DNA from: Cirrosporium novae-zelandiae
Taxonomy: Eukaryota
NCBI GenBank assembly: GCA_026023565.1
Contig: JAPETS010000012.1
Span: 124,001 to 188,000 of the forward strand
DNA: 64,000 bases
Reading direction: 5' to 3'
This document shows positions 1-11,657 of the stretch, piece after piece; within the stretch, counting starts at the first letter, position 1, and every line of letters begins with the position of its first letter. A program made the position numbers and the translations under genes. The notes below the pieces were generated by a model. It was not told the DNA's origin and did not search any database. It worked only from the letters and a program-made list of their open reading frames with translations.

Positions 1-2195
1 AATCAAAATTTACTCTACTGTCCTTTTCCTTCTGAAGAAATTAAGGATGGAGTTCCTAAATCGCAGCTGGCAGAGCTGCCATTGAGCTTGATCGCTTTGA
101 TCATTTCCTATGTAGGGGATCCCAACTTTTCTACCAGTGGCTGTCTACCAGCAGGCAGCCGCATTTCCCATATGTCCATTTTTCCCTATTTAACTCACGA
201 ATAAATCTATTGAATAACCAAATGCCACTGCTGACATGATTGCTATGGAATATATTTAGGTTACAGACTCCGCTGACCTTCTTCATATCGCACGAACATG
301 TCGCCTTTTCCACTGGTTAACTATACCCCGCCTCTATCAGCATGTCACGCTACGTGCCCACCGATCAGAGAAATCCAGGGTAATTTCCCCTTTTGCCATG
401 GGACTGAATACATTGGCGACACGAAAGTCTGGGGATTCGCTCAGAACATTTAAATTGTGCGGGGAGTGGCGGAGTGGGAGTCTATCAGGGGAATATGACA
501 ATGGCGGGCGTGGTTGGGGAGGATGGGGATCAGGAGATGGAGATATGATGCTGGCGATTGCCGTTCGGGCAGCAATTGATCGGATGCCAGGGTTGGAGAA
601 GTTCAGGTATGTGAGATTCTTGCGGACAGAAGCAAGTCTATCTGTAACATTGGGTGAACCGATTGGGATGCTGACACGGTGGTGGAAGCTGGGAACTTGA
701 CACTCGCCTCCTCCCAACAGTTTATGCTGGTCTAGCTGTCCTTCCCTCCTTGAAATCTCTCTCCGTCAAATTTCCTTCTAGCCGCATCCCCCACTCTATG
801 CTCATGATCCCGCCGTTCCCCAACCTCCGGGAACTCAAGGTCACCGATATCGACCCTCTCTGCTATCCCGATGACATTTCCACTTGTCTTTTGGGCTCTA
901 AAAAACTGGAAGACCTGAAGCTGCATTGGAGTCCAAGGATGCGGCAGGAACGAGAAATTACCGTGCATCTGATGACATATTTTGGAAAGTGTTTGGCTGC
1001 AAATTATCAGCCACCACTAAAGAGGGTTTCGCTGCAAAATCTGTTCACTTTATTGTTGGACGACTTCCATGCACTCATGGATGAAAGGCAAATAGAAGAG
1101 CTCACCGTTTTGAATGTGACCAACGACATGTACGACCATGGGTTTATGGCTGGTTCTTGGCATCCAATGTACACTGATCTCATAGTGAATGTCAAAATGC
1201 TGCGCACCGATGACATCGGTGTCCCAATTCTCGAAGGCCTGTCAAGAATACAAGGCCTTGAGCGACTTTATCTCATCAACTCGAAACCTATAAGTCACAT
1301 GGGAGCCTACCCCTGTCCCACTGGCACCTCAAAAAGCAGTCCAATACAATCCTCTTACAATGCTCCCACGCCTCCTGGAACCGGCCCCTCCAATACCAGC
1401 ACCGGCTCCCAAACCCCGACTATGGGCTCCCTCCCTAGCCTCCATAACTCATTCCTTGATGTGATTACGCGCATCCATGGCCCCACCCTAAAACATCTTC
1501 TCCTCACTTCAAGTATCAGTCTCACTCCAACCTCCATTGCACATCTTGTTCGCTGCTGTCCAAATTTAGAGCAGCTAGCGTTAGCGGTTGCAACGGACAA
1601 CGCAAACATTTTTAGAATACTGCTACCGTTTTTGCCGAACCTGTCCGCACTACGGGTGTTGGATTGCATGAACGACGTAACGGGTGGATTCAATGACATG
1701 TTTCGTATGGGAGAGGAAGTGATAGTGCAGGTAATTGGGTATATAACTTCAGGGTCGGAGTTTAGTAATTTGAAATATTTGGGGTTTGGTGATAGGGACC
1801 TAGATACAGCGTATGTCTTGGGGGCTTCAGTTGATGAGGAAAATGCAAACACCTCAGGCGGAACTGAACTAGGCTATACCGGGAATAGAGTTGGGAGTGG
1901 ATCACCTTTCATGGATAGGTCTGATGATATTGCAAGTTATAAAAGGAAGAGAGAGGACAGTGGTGCAATTTTAATTTCTCAGCTGCAATCCCGAGAGCCT
2001 GCCGTGGAGCTCGCGCTGAAAGGCTTCCCCGACTCTCCAAATTCCGTCCAACGTTGGAGGGTCGCCGTATCAGACGTATTGGACGCAGACGGAATACCGC
2101 ATTATAATCGGATCCGCCGGAGCGTGAAGAGAGTGGGGTGGGATGCTGTTGCAGATGTAGAGATTTGGAAGATGGACTGCCACGATGTGCTTTGA
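1..2195 (+). CDS. F-box domain protein with RNI/LRR-like C-terminal region; 5' end lies upstream of the window; exons ~1-111, 260-606, 689-2195
   Basis: Frame 1 is open from base 1. Splicing GT112..AG259 and GT607..AG688 gives the F-box-like LAELPLSLIALIISY/VTDSADLLHIARTCRLFHWLTIPRLYQHVTL, joined in frame to the 481-aa ORF with LRR-like segments (FPNLRELKV, CPNLEQLALA, LPNLSALRVL). Confidence 0.8.
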
Positions 2196-3412
2196 GAAAG
2201 ATTAATCCACTATAGTCATACGTCATGCATTTTCCCCCCTGCCGTTCACACTTCTTTCCGGGTGGAAGGTCAGACTCCAGTTTTCGCTGCTTCGGGTTGA
2301 AGATCGGGCGGCAGTTGCGGACTCGGTCCGTTTTCTGAAATGAAATCTTGGGGATGAAGGTGCGTGGAAGGATAAAGCTCGAAGAAGCACAACAAACAGG
2401 AGTCACGCTCGAGGAGAGAAAAGACAGGGGAAACCCACGAACAGCGAAGATTCAGGAAAGGTCTAGGGGAAGCTACAAAGACGGTCTCAAATGACACAGA
2501 TGTCAGTCTCTTGCAGCGGAAAGAGTAGAAGTCACCTTCCTCTACCACCCCAGGGAGCCGGCGTTTACTTTTGCAAGGCTTTGGCTCGGGATTATGGGTG
2601 GGTTCAACGAGCCCAAATTGGAATTTTGAATTATTATGGAAAATGGCAATTTAGCCTTGAATATATACACAGAGAATATAGATGGGTAGATTTAAAATCC
2701 CTGGTGGGGGGGGTGATACCCTTGCAAAACTTTTTTTTTGCAATTTTGTTTTTTGGGGGGGATTGGGTCTTGTTTATATTTTTTCAATATTAGATAGTTC
2801 TATAGGTAGTCTATCTACTCGTGGTACTGTGTACATATGTATATATCAAAATCTCTTTTCCATTATACCCATGTATGTATATGTATCTATATTCTATCCC
2901 TCCCTTACCAAAACCCAATAGGTCTCTAAAGGTAGACTAGATATCTAATCTATTATTTTATCCAACATATTTATTACCCAAGTAAGTATAGTACAAACAA
3001 ACAAAGAAAAAAAAACTAATTATTATTCGAACCCTCAAGCCTAATTAATGAACGAATTAATTAATGTGTTTTTGCTATAATTATATAGTAAATAACCTGA
3101 AGACGACATGTCCATGCCATGTCCACGCCATGTAGAATAAGTAAAATAAATCATGATTATTATTTATTATTTATTAACCTCAGCTGTTAACAACAACAAC
3201 AACAACAAGGTCTAAGAGGGGAAAATGGTAATTATTTTTAATATATTGTTGATAAAATTTTTTTTGGTTTTGTGTTAGCGATAAACTAGAAGTTTACCCC
3301 CCTAAGCCAAAAGGACGTGATTACCCGCTTGTTACCAAGGGGGCAATCTATCTATCTAGTCATATAAGGTATCCGTCACATTTTGGTTTGGTTTTATTAA
3401 ATATTTTTGAAA

Positions 3413-3512
3413 GGTGGAGGGGGAAAGGGAGGGGAAGGGGAGAAGGGGTAGGGGGAGAGGGAAAGGGAAAGGGAAAGGGAAGGGGAAAGGGAAGGGGAGG
3501 AGGGGGAGAGGG
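3413..3512 (+). repeat. Polypurine (GGGAAA/GGGGA)n low-complexity tract
   Basis: Nearly pure G/A sequence with repeated gggaaa and ggggaa units. Confidence 0.85.
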
Positions 3513-3955
3513 GATATTGGTATTGAGGGATTTCATGTGTGTATATATATATGTACGTGTGTGTGCAATGTGTACAATATCCGCAATGTGTGTTATAAGT
3601 TTCGGAGGGGGGAAGGGATATTAGAAAAGGGAAAAGGAGGATATGCTTGAGGATTGATGAGTGAGGGTTCATATGATGGTATCGAGGAGTTTTCATGTGC
3701 ATGTATATATATATATATATTTGTATATAATATATGCTATAGGGGTCGGGGGGGGGGGAGATATTAAATATATATTTGAAAATTAATGATTGATGATTCA
3801 TATAATGTGATGACATTGGTATTGGGGGGGTTTCATGCATATGTATATATTTCTGTGTAATGTGTCATGTGTGTTATGGGGAGAAGGGGAGGGGGTATTG
3901 GAAAAAGGAAAGAGAAAGGAAAATATATTTGAGGATTGATGATTCATGTATGTAC
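3513..3955. repeat. Degenerate tandem repeat, about 3 copies of 140-160 bp
   Basis: The motif ggtatt/cg..g..tttcatg..tgtatatat recurs at ~3519, ~3678 and ~3818. Each copy is followed by tg(t/c)tat..G-run..(g)atatt..ttga..attgatga..ttcat. Confidence 0.6.
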
Positions 3956-4445
3956 GTATGCCTGCATGTAATGTGTGCGCGTATACTACATGCTATACCA
4001 CCATCATCCCATCTATCTATCCTATTCCCACCTTGCCAGTTTCGAGGAAAAAAAAGAAGACATGCAAGCATGCACATACAACGCATTTGTTTGTTGGTAT
4101 TGGTATTGGTATAAACATAAAAACCATTTCCACTTCCCTTCATAAAAAAAGAAACACAACCTCGTTCCGCCGTATTCGCTCCGCTTCGCCTGGCACCTGG
4201 CACGCCGTTTGAAACTTTGGGGATATATTCCGTTTTTTTTGGTAAAATCCCCCCCCACCGATCCCGTAAACCCGTAAACCGTTTTTGTTGCCTTGAAAAA
4301 ACTCCGGGAATCCATTAATCCCCCCCCCCAATCTTATCTGTGTGTACAATCGCGGAAGTCTGTTTCCCCCATATCCGCCCTTCCCCCCCCTTTATTTTTG
4401 TGAGTGTAGCTTTTTTTGGCTATGCGATAATGCTATATGATGGGG

Positions 4446-5582
4446 CTACAGGTTTGCCAGATCTTCCACCTTGGTGATGCCGTTATCCAGAGGTTTCTTT
4501 TTCATGACTTCCATTGGTACCATATCTACGGCACCGGCCCTGCGACTCCTTCCACCGCCTGGTCTGTTGATTGTTTTTCTGCAGATTGGACATCTCCCTT
4601 TTCCTTCTTCGGTTGATTGTTCGCCAGCTACGATGGCTTGGGAGATGCAGTCGTGGCAGAATAGGTGACCGCAGGTTAGGGCTGTCATGTCTTCCATTCG
4701 GGAGAGGCAGATGACGCATTTTAGGTCGGCGAGGCGGATCGGGCCTGTGGGGTGGGGCTTGGGGGTTGGTGCGCGGATTGGGGCGGGGCGGCGAGGGGTG
4801 GGGGTTATGGTGATCGGGTTTGTGGTGGTGCCCTCGCGATTTGTGCGTGGAGTGTGAGGGGGTGGTGGGTTTGATGGCCCGGCGATGGTGGTGGTGGGTG
4901 CATGGTGCATGCGAATGTGGGTGGGTGTGTTATTTGGCATGTTGGTGAGGTCGATCTGACGGATATGTGACGAGGAGAATATTTCAGAGTCGTCTTCCTC
5001 CTCTTCGACCCACTCGTCGTAGGTGTCAGAGTCGGAGGGAATAGACATGGCATTTTGGACGCGACGACGCTTGCGACCTGTTGATCGATTGGAGGAACTC
5101 TGTGGGCTAAAGTAGGAGCTGGAGCTTGGCTCCCCATTGTTGTTCGTGCTCTGAGGTATCAAGGTCGAGGGGTGGTGGTTATGGTGAGGTTGGGAAGGTG
5201 AGCTAGTCAAGCCGGACTGGAAGGAAAAGGCGAAATGGTGGTCTCGGGGCATATTTCCTGGCATTTCCTCTGTTGGTTCGTCTGTTGACGCGTTTTCTTC
5301 TTCGATTATTCCCGTTTCCGCCCAGTCGTAATAGGTGACGGAATCCTCCCCCTCGGGGGCGTCTGCAAACCACGAATCCACGATCTTTTCGAGATCGCGA
5401 TTATCTATACCCAGGTCTGGCTTATCGAGCCCTGAAACATTCAGCAGGTCTTCGTCAGAAGGAGGGGATTTTTTTTGTTTATATTTTTTGTTTGATGGAG
5501 GTAAATGTATATAACGCGGGAGGTGCTTACCCGATTCTTTGGGACCAGGGGTCCCGGATTGGTGGTTCATTCTGATGTTCAT
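4446..5582 (-). CDS. C3HC4 RING-finger E3 ligase with SUMO-interacting-like motif (Slx8/Rfp/RNF4-like STUbL subunit); probable in-frame intron 5450-5530
   Basis: C-terminal RING CVIC..TCGHLFCHDC..CPICRK; acidic disordered N-terminus with the SIM-like IRQIDLT after an acidic run; GTAAGC donor at 5530 and CTGAC..AAG acceptor. Confidence 0.75.
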   Translation of the reverse strand: MNIRMNHQSGTPGPKESGKHLPRYIHLPPSNKKYKQKKSPPSDEDLLNVSGLDKPDLGIDNRDLEKIVDSWFADAPEGEDSVTYYDWAETGIIEEENASTDEPTEEMPGNMPRDHHFAFSFQSGLTSSPSQPHHNHHPSTLIPQSTNNNGEPSSSSYFSPQSSSNRSTGRKRRRVQNAMSIPSDSDTYDEWVEEEEDDSEIFSSSHIRQIDLTNMPNNTPTHIRMHHAPTTTIAGPSNPPPPHTPRTNREGTTTNPITITPTPRRPAPIRAPTPKPHPTGPIRLADLKCVICLSRMEDMTALTCGHLFCHDCISQAIVAGEQSTEEGKGRCPICRKTINRPGGGRSRRAGAVDMVPMEVMKKKPLDNGITKVEDLANL

Positions 5583-6061
5583 CGGAGTTAAAGTCGGAGT
5601 TGATATCGGAGTACATCGGAGTTGAAATTTCTCGGGCCGAAGATGATAAATTTATATCGGCCCGACATGCAAACAAATCCCGAGATGCAAACAATCGCCA
5701 AGCCCCTAAAGCTACACGCCCAAACGCTACACAACCGCCGTTAGCCTTTGAGATGCAATTATTACCGCCCATGCGGGAATGCTTTCACAGAAACATGATC
5801 AATCAGCTTATAAGAATTAAATCTACCGTATATCTAGCTGCAGTATCATACTCAAAACTTGACATTTGATAATCAAAATATGTCAAGCTTGTTAGTAAAT
5901 TATATGCACCTGCAAAAATGATTATCAGAGGTGCTAGATAGGGCTGAGAAATCAAATGAAATCATTATCTGGTCGCGAGAAGCTACTCCCATCACCCACA
6001 ATCACAATTTTCAGTCCCCTCCCCAGAAATGCCTTGGGCATCTTCATGACCTTTATCGAGC

Positions 6062-9000
6062 ATGTACATGACTCTTTCTGCTCCTCTGCATGCGAGGTCT
6101 TTGAATCGCTTGTCCTGCCTTTATGCGACGCGGTTTCTAGGTCGGAAACCTGGATTTAGGCACTATGCTGTCGCAGCATCTCCCGCCGTCGCTGAGCTAT
6201 CGAAGCCCAAAGGTCTTTCGGGTACGGGTCGCATGTATATATCTAATAAAACAATTCTGACAGCTTTGCAGTAGCAGCGCAACCTCGATTCAATGAAATT
6301 GGTGTTCAGCAACTCAGTAGTTCCATCTACCCACAAGTTTTCACTTCTCCTTCTGCGCCTCCACCACAGGATCTTATCGCACTATCCAAACAACATCTCG
6401 CCGACCATGAGCTGCTGGGCAAGACTCAGGAGCAGCCGGCTCCAATCGGTTTCAAACTTCCCGACTTGAAAGGACAGACTCTGGATGAACATTTTTACAA
6501 GCTAGGAATGGATGCTTCGGAACCGTATTTGAGTTACACCAAGGAATACGCAAAAGTTGATTTACCAGACAAGCCGCGGAAATGGGTTCGAAGAAGTGGT
6601 TGGACAAAATACTATCCTGACGGAACTACGGAAGAGATTGATGCGCCCAATGAGTCCATGCTTACGTTCGATACCGAAGTTATGTGGAAGGAAAGCTCCT
6701 TTGCTGTCATGGCCTGCACTGCTAGTCCTACTGCTTGGTATGCCTGGCTTTCACCTTGGTTATTGAAAGAATCTAAAGTGGATCGGCACCTTATACCATT
6801 GGGAAACCCCGACCAGCCGAAGATTGTTATCGGGCATAATATTGGCTATGATCGTGCACGAATAAAAGAAGAATATGATATCGAGCAGTCAAAGGCATTT
6901 TTTATTGATACAATGTCCTTACATGTGGCTGTTAATGGCATGTGTTCAAGGCAGCGTCCAACTTGGATGAGACACAAGAAGAATCGTGATTTAAGGGAAA
7001 AGATTACATCGGAGACAAACTCGTTGGAATTAAGCACATTACTAGAAAATCAGATGCTAACGGAAGAAGAGGAGGAACTTTGGGTTGGGAGAAGCTCCAT
7101 CAACTCTCTCAGAGATGTTGCCAAGTTTCATTGCGGAGTCACAATTGATAAGGCCCAAAGAGAACATTTTGGAGAGCTCGATAGGTCTGGTGTTCTAGAA
7201 AAGCTAGACGAACTATTGGATTACTGTGCTGCTGATGTCGCCATAACGCACAAGGTCTTCAAGAAGGTATTCCCAAACTTCCTTGAGGTTTGCCCACACC
7301 CGGTCAGTTTTGCTGCGTTACGCCAGCTATCGTCTGTTATATTACCCGTTAACGAGACTTGGGAAAAATACATTGATAGTGCCGAAAAAACGTATCAAGG
7401 TCTCCAAAAGAAAATAACGACTCGACTTGTCAATCTTGCTAAAAGAGCTTTGAAATCCAAAGATAAGCCAGAATCATATGGTAAGGATCCATGGCTAAGG
7501 CAACTGGACTGGTCTGACCAGGAGATCAAAATGGTCAAGGGAAAAAATAAAGATGATCCTCCAAGACCATCAAAGTCCCAAAAGCTCCCCGGAATGCCCA
7601 AGTGGTATAAGGATTTGCACCTTACAAAGGATAGTCCTATCAACCTAACGGTCCGTACGCGGGTAGCGCCTCTTCTCTTGAAGATGGCTTGGGATGGTTA
7701 TCCCTTGGCCTGGTCTGACAAATATGGTTTCACGTTTCAAGTACCTGTAAATGAAGCTTCTAAATATACTGACAAACCTGTTATCCAATGTCAAGAATTT
7801 GAAGAAAAGGATGCCCTATTGCGAGATGACAGCCAGCATGTTTACTTTAAACTCCCTCACAAGGATGGACCCCAAGCACGATGCACCAATCCAATGGCAA
7901 AAGGTTACTTGCAGTATTTTGAAAGCGGAAAACTCTCATCTCAATATTCTTATGCCAAGGAAGCTTTGGAAATGAACGCGTCCTGCTCATACTGGATTAG
8001 TGCTAGAGACCGTATTATGTCACAGATGGTGGTCTATCAGTACGAGATGGGTACAAAAAAGAAAAAAGCCCCCCGGAAAAACCGCGTAGGGTTCATTCTT
8101 CCCCAAATCATCCCTATGGGCACTATAACTCGAAGGGCTGTAGAGAATACTTGGCTTACAGCTAGCAACGCCAAAGCCAACCGCGTTGGGTCTGAGCTCA
8201 AGTCCATGGTTAAAGCACCTCCTGGTTATTGCTTCGTTGGTGCTGATGTCGACTCCCAAGAACTCTGGATCGCCAGTCTTGTAGGTGATGCCCAGTTCCA
8301 ACTTCACGGTGGAAATGCTATCGGCTTCATGACTCTTGAAGGTTCCAAAGCTGCCGGCACCGAATTTCATTCAAAAACTGCCAAGATTCTAGGTATATCA
8401 CGTAATAACGCAAAAATCGTCAACTATGGGCGTCTCTATGGTGCAGGACTCAAATTTGCCACTTCCCTCCTGAAACAATTTAACCCTCTACTTACCGACA
8501 AGGAATGCGAAAATACAGCATCCACCTTGTATAAACATACCAAAGGTACTCGCACCACCCGCAAAGTGTTACGTCCTACAACATTCTGGCGTGGTGGTAC
8601 CGAGTCTCTCGTCTTCAACAAGCTTGAAGAATTTGCAGAGCAAGAACGCCCCCGTACTCCCGTCCTAGGAGCTGGCATCACTGAAGCCCTCATGCGTCGC
8701 TACATCAACAAAGGTGGATTTATGACATCGCGTATTAACTGGGCCATCCAGTCGTCAGGAGTGGATTACCTCCATCTTCTCGTCACAAGCATGCAGTATC
8801 TCTGCCGACTCTACAACATATCCGCTCGGCTAGCCATCTCCGTTCATGATGAAGTCCGTTACCTCGTCAAAGAAGAACAAAAGTATCGCGCCGCTATGGC
8901 TCTACAGGTCGCTAATATATGGACACGTGCTATGTTTGCTCAACAGATGGGAATCAATGATCTTCCGCAGTCATGTGCCTATTTTTCTGCTGTGGACATC

Positions 9001-9576
9001 GATCATGTTCTCCGTAAAGAGGTTGATATGGATTGTACCACACCTTCACATCGAGGTAAGATTCCTCATGGTGAGAGTCTCGATATCAATGCCCTTTTGA
9101 AACAAGGCGATGCCGCATATCTGGATCCTAATATCGTCTCTAACGACCCTCCACATGTTGAGCAATATTCGTACGTTTACCGTGAGCCTGTCATGAAAGC
9201 TCTCACGGCCAAATCTGGTGACCACAACCATAACCTCCTCTACCTACGAGCACAACTTGCCACCAATGAGCAACAACTTAGAGAAGTCGTCAGGGAAAGC
9301 CGCAAACTACTTGACGATAGTCTCGGGAAAAGCTTAAAACCGTCTTCCCGACGGTCTGCTCGAAACAAAGAAGAAGAGGAAATGCTAGGCCATGAGTGGG
9401 ATTATTCAGTTGCGAATGATGTACACCTGCTCGAGGTACCTCCAGAATGGGACTTGGGCATTGAGCCTCGGCAATATAATCGCGTGCCTCGAAAAACAGA
9501 CTGGGGTTATCATCCACATCATTACAATCATCACAGTGGCAATGGGGGGCAGTGGAAACAGAAGATGGCCAGGTAA
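6062..9576 (+). CDS. MIP1: Mitochondrial DNA polymerase gamma; exons 6062-6212 and 6272-9576
   Basis: Basic presequence in exon 1; PRFNEIGVQQL; exonuclease motifs FDTEV, GHNIGYDRARI and YCAADV; polymerase motifs VGADVDSQEL, AKIVNYGRLYGAG and VHDEVRY; TSRINWAIQSSGVDYLHLL. Confidence 0.97.
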
Positions 9577-10288
9577 AGGATGAGATGGATGTATGATACG
9601 AACTTTCGCTTCCGAGGAATCGTTTCTTTTGTTTCCGTGTGATATTTTATATGTGCAGCAGCTATGCGGGTTGTCTATAGGCAATTGGGGTGTGAATGGC
9701 GTACGTATAAAAGCATGATTATGAATGCTTTGGATTTGGGTCTAAGTTGGGGAGGTTTAAAGCTTGGAGTTGGCTGGCTTCTTGTGTATATGTGATACGG
9801 CCGTTATATATAGCTAATAGAGAGGGGGCAGAGGGAAAAAAAATTTAAAAGTAAGGTGTTTAATCCAGGAAGGCAATGGTTAATCAAAAGCAATATATTG
9901 GTCAATTTCAGAACTTGACTTGGAAATGCCGTCTAAAGTTGGTTGGCTGCCGAGACGGTTAGAGTCTCTCTTGGTCTGGTCTGCCAGGGTCTTTGTACAC
10001 TTTTAACCCTGGAAAGATAAAATATATCCACAATATACCCACTATCCCCCGCATCCCTTTAATATCTGTCCAATCCACAATGACCTATTGAAGATCTACT
10101 ACACAACGTCGTAACGACTGCTGGGGTCTCGAGTTCAAGAATGCTGGAAAATGCGCAATGGGGAGGGAATATGATCCTTCACTCGTTGCTGGATATGGTT
10201 AATATTATATCAACATGTCTACCTAAATGTTTTGTTTGTGGTTTTCTCTCTGTATTAATCTTTATCTTTCTCTCTCTACCTTACAATC

Positions 10289-11360
10289 ATGGCCGTCTTA
10301 GGAAGTCTTGCTGGTGCTTCCACCCTTGTGTACTCCAAGATTACTCCTTTGAATCTTATTCTTATAAGAAGTATGGTGAGCACATCCATTCCATTAAGCA
10401 TTTTCTATACCTTTGATCGTAATTCGAATGTGCTACAGACAGCTATCACTGATCTAGCTATCTACGAGCAGGACCAATTACCCATATAACACCAACAATG
10501 CTCCTTGTAAACGATCCAGCCCAACTTCCCGTCATCTACCACCGCCAAGCCGATAAATCCAAACACTACATCACAGGCAGTTTCGGGGAAACAGAAAGCA
10601 TCTTCAACATACAGGATTACAAAGTTCATGCCGCACACCGGAAGCTCATAGCTGGACCTGTAAATTTGAAATTGGAGTATTATAGATGGGAATGAATACT
10701 TTTCTGAGAGCTTTAACAGTACAGTTTCACTAACATCAAGCAGATGGAACCTTTGATGGACGCCCGAATGGAGGAATGGATCAATGCTATCGACACCCGC
10801 TTCGCGCAGACGGGCAACTAATTTGATTTTGCTCCATGGCCTATGTATGTCCCCCCCTCTACCCGACCTTCCAATTTCACCCCCTCTAACCTCCAACTCT
10901 ATAGCTACATGGCCTACGACATAATCAGCACCCTCGCCTTCGGTGCCCCCTTCGGCTTCATATCCACTGGCAGCGACGTCGCCTCCCTGATCCAAGGGTT
11001 CCACGACGGCCTTCCCGCCTGTGGTCTTATGTGCCGTCTCTATCCCCTAAAGAAATACCTAGTCGCAAAACCCACCGACAACACGGGAATCGGAATCCTG
11101 ATGCGTTTCCGCGACAAACTCCTCGCCCAAAGAATCCGCGAACTTCAAGAAGGAAAATATTGTAAAGATGGGATGGATGGTCGACAACGAAGAGACTTCC
11201 TCCAATTCCCAAACCCCCATCTCCACTCACATTCCCCCAACTGTAGAAGTAACGTGTAACCCCTACTTCACAAACTGCTCTCCCCATATCTATGGTCCAG
11301 AGCCCAGTGTTTTCAACCCGTCTCGCTGGATCGATGCAAGTCCGGAACAGAAATTGGATA
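10289..11360 (+). pseudogene. Cytochrome P450 pseudogene
   Basis: P450-like fragments GPITHITPTMLLVNDP, HAAHRKLIAGP/YSFTNIKQMEPLMD, YMAYDIISTLAFGAPFGF and IYGPEPSVFNPSRW. In-frame TAA at 10819. The I-helix, ExxR and heme-binding FxxGxxxC regions are missing. Confidence 0.8.
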
Positions 11361-11657
11361 TACATGTATATTTATACTATAACACACGTCTAGAAGAAAA
11401 ACTGTCGCTACTCGAATACACTAAACTTAAAAAGAAAATTAGTTTCAAAAGTATTATAAAATCTAGGTATCGAGAATATACGTTGATGATATAAGAAATA
11501 TTAAGTGTTTGCTTTGTTTGGAGATGGATGGCTTACGGATTTAAACTTCGGGGCCAACTACGCTATCTCTGCCTCTTTATCATTACAGAACGAGACCTAA
11601 ATCAACACATCATTATTTCAGTTATTCAACAATTGTTAGTGTTTGTACCGTTAAGAC

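Noticed and set aside
3300..3320. Minus-strand ccttttggcttag resembling the U2 snRNA 5' stem
   Set aside because: The match does not continue into the branch-pairing GTGTAGTA or Sm-site sequence.
3388..4349. Short ORFs with KG/GR or YI repeats on both strands
   Set aside because: They are translations of polypurine and (TA)n low-complexity tracts, with no domain or splice structure.
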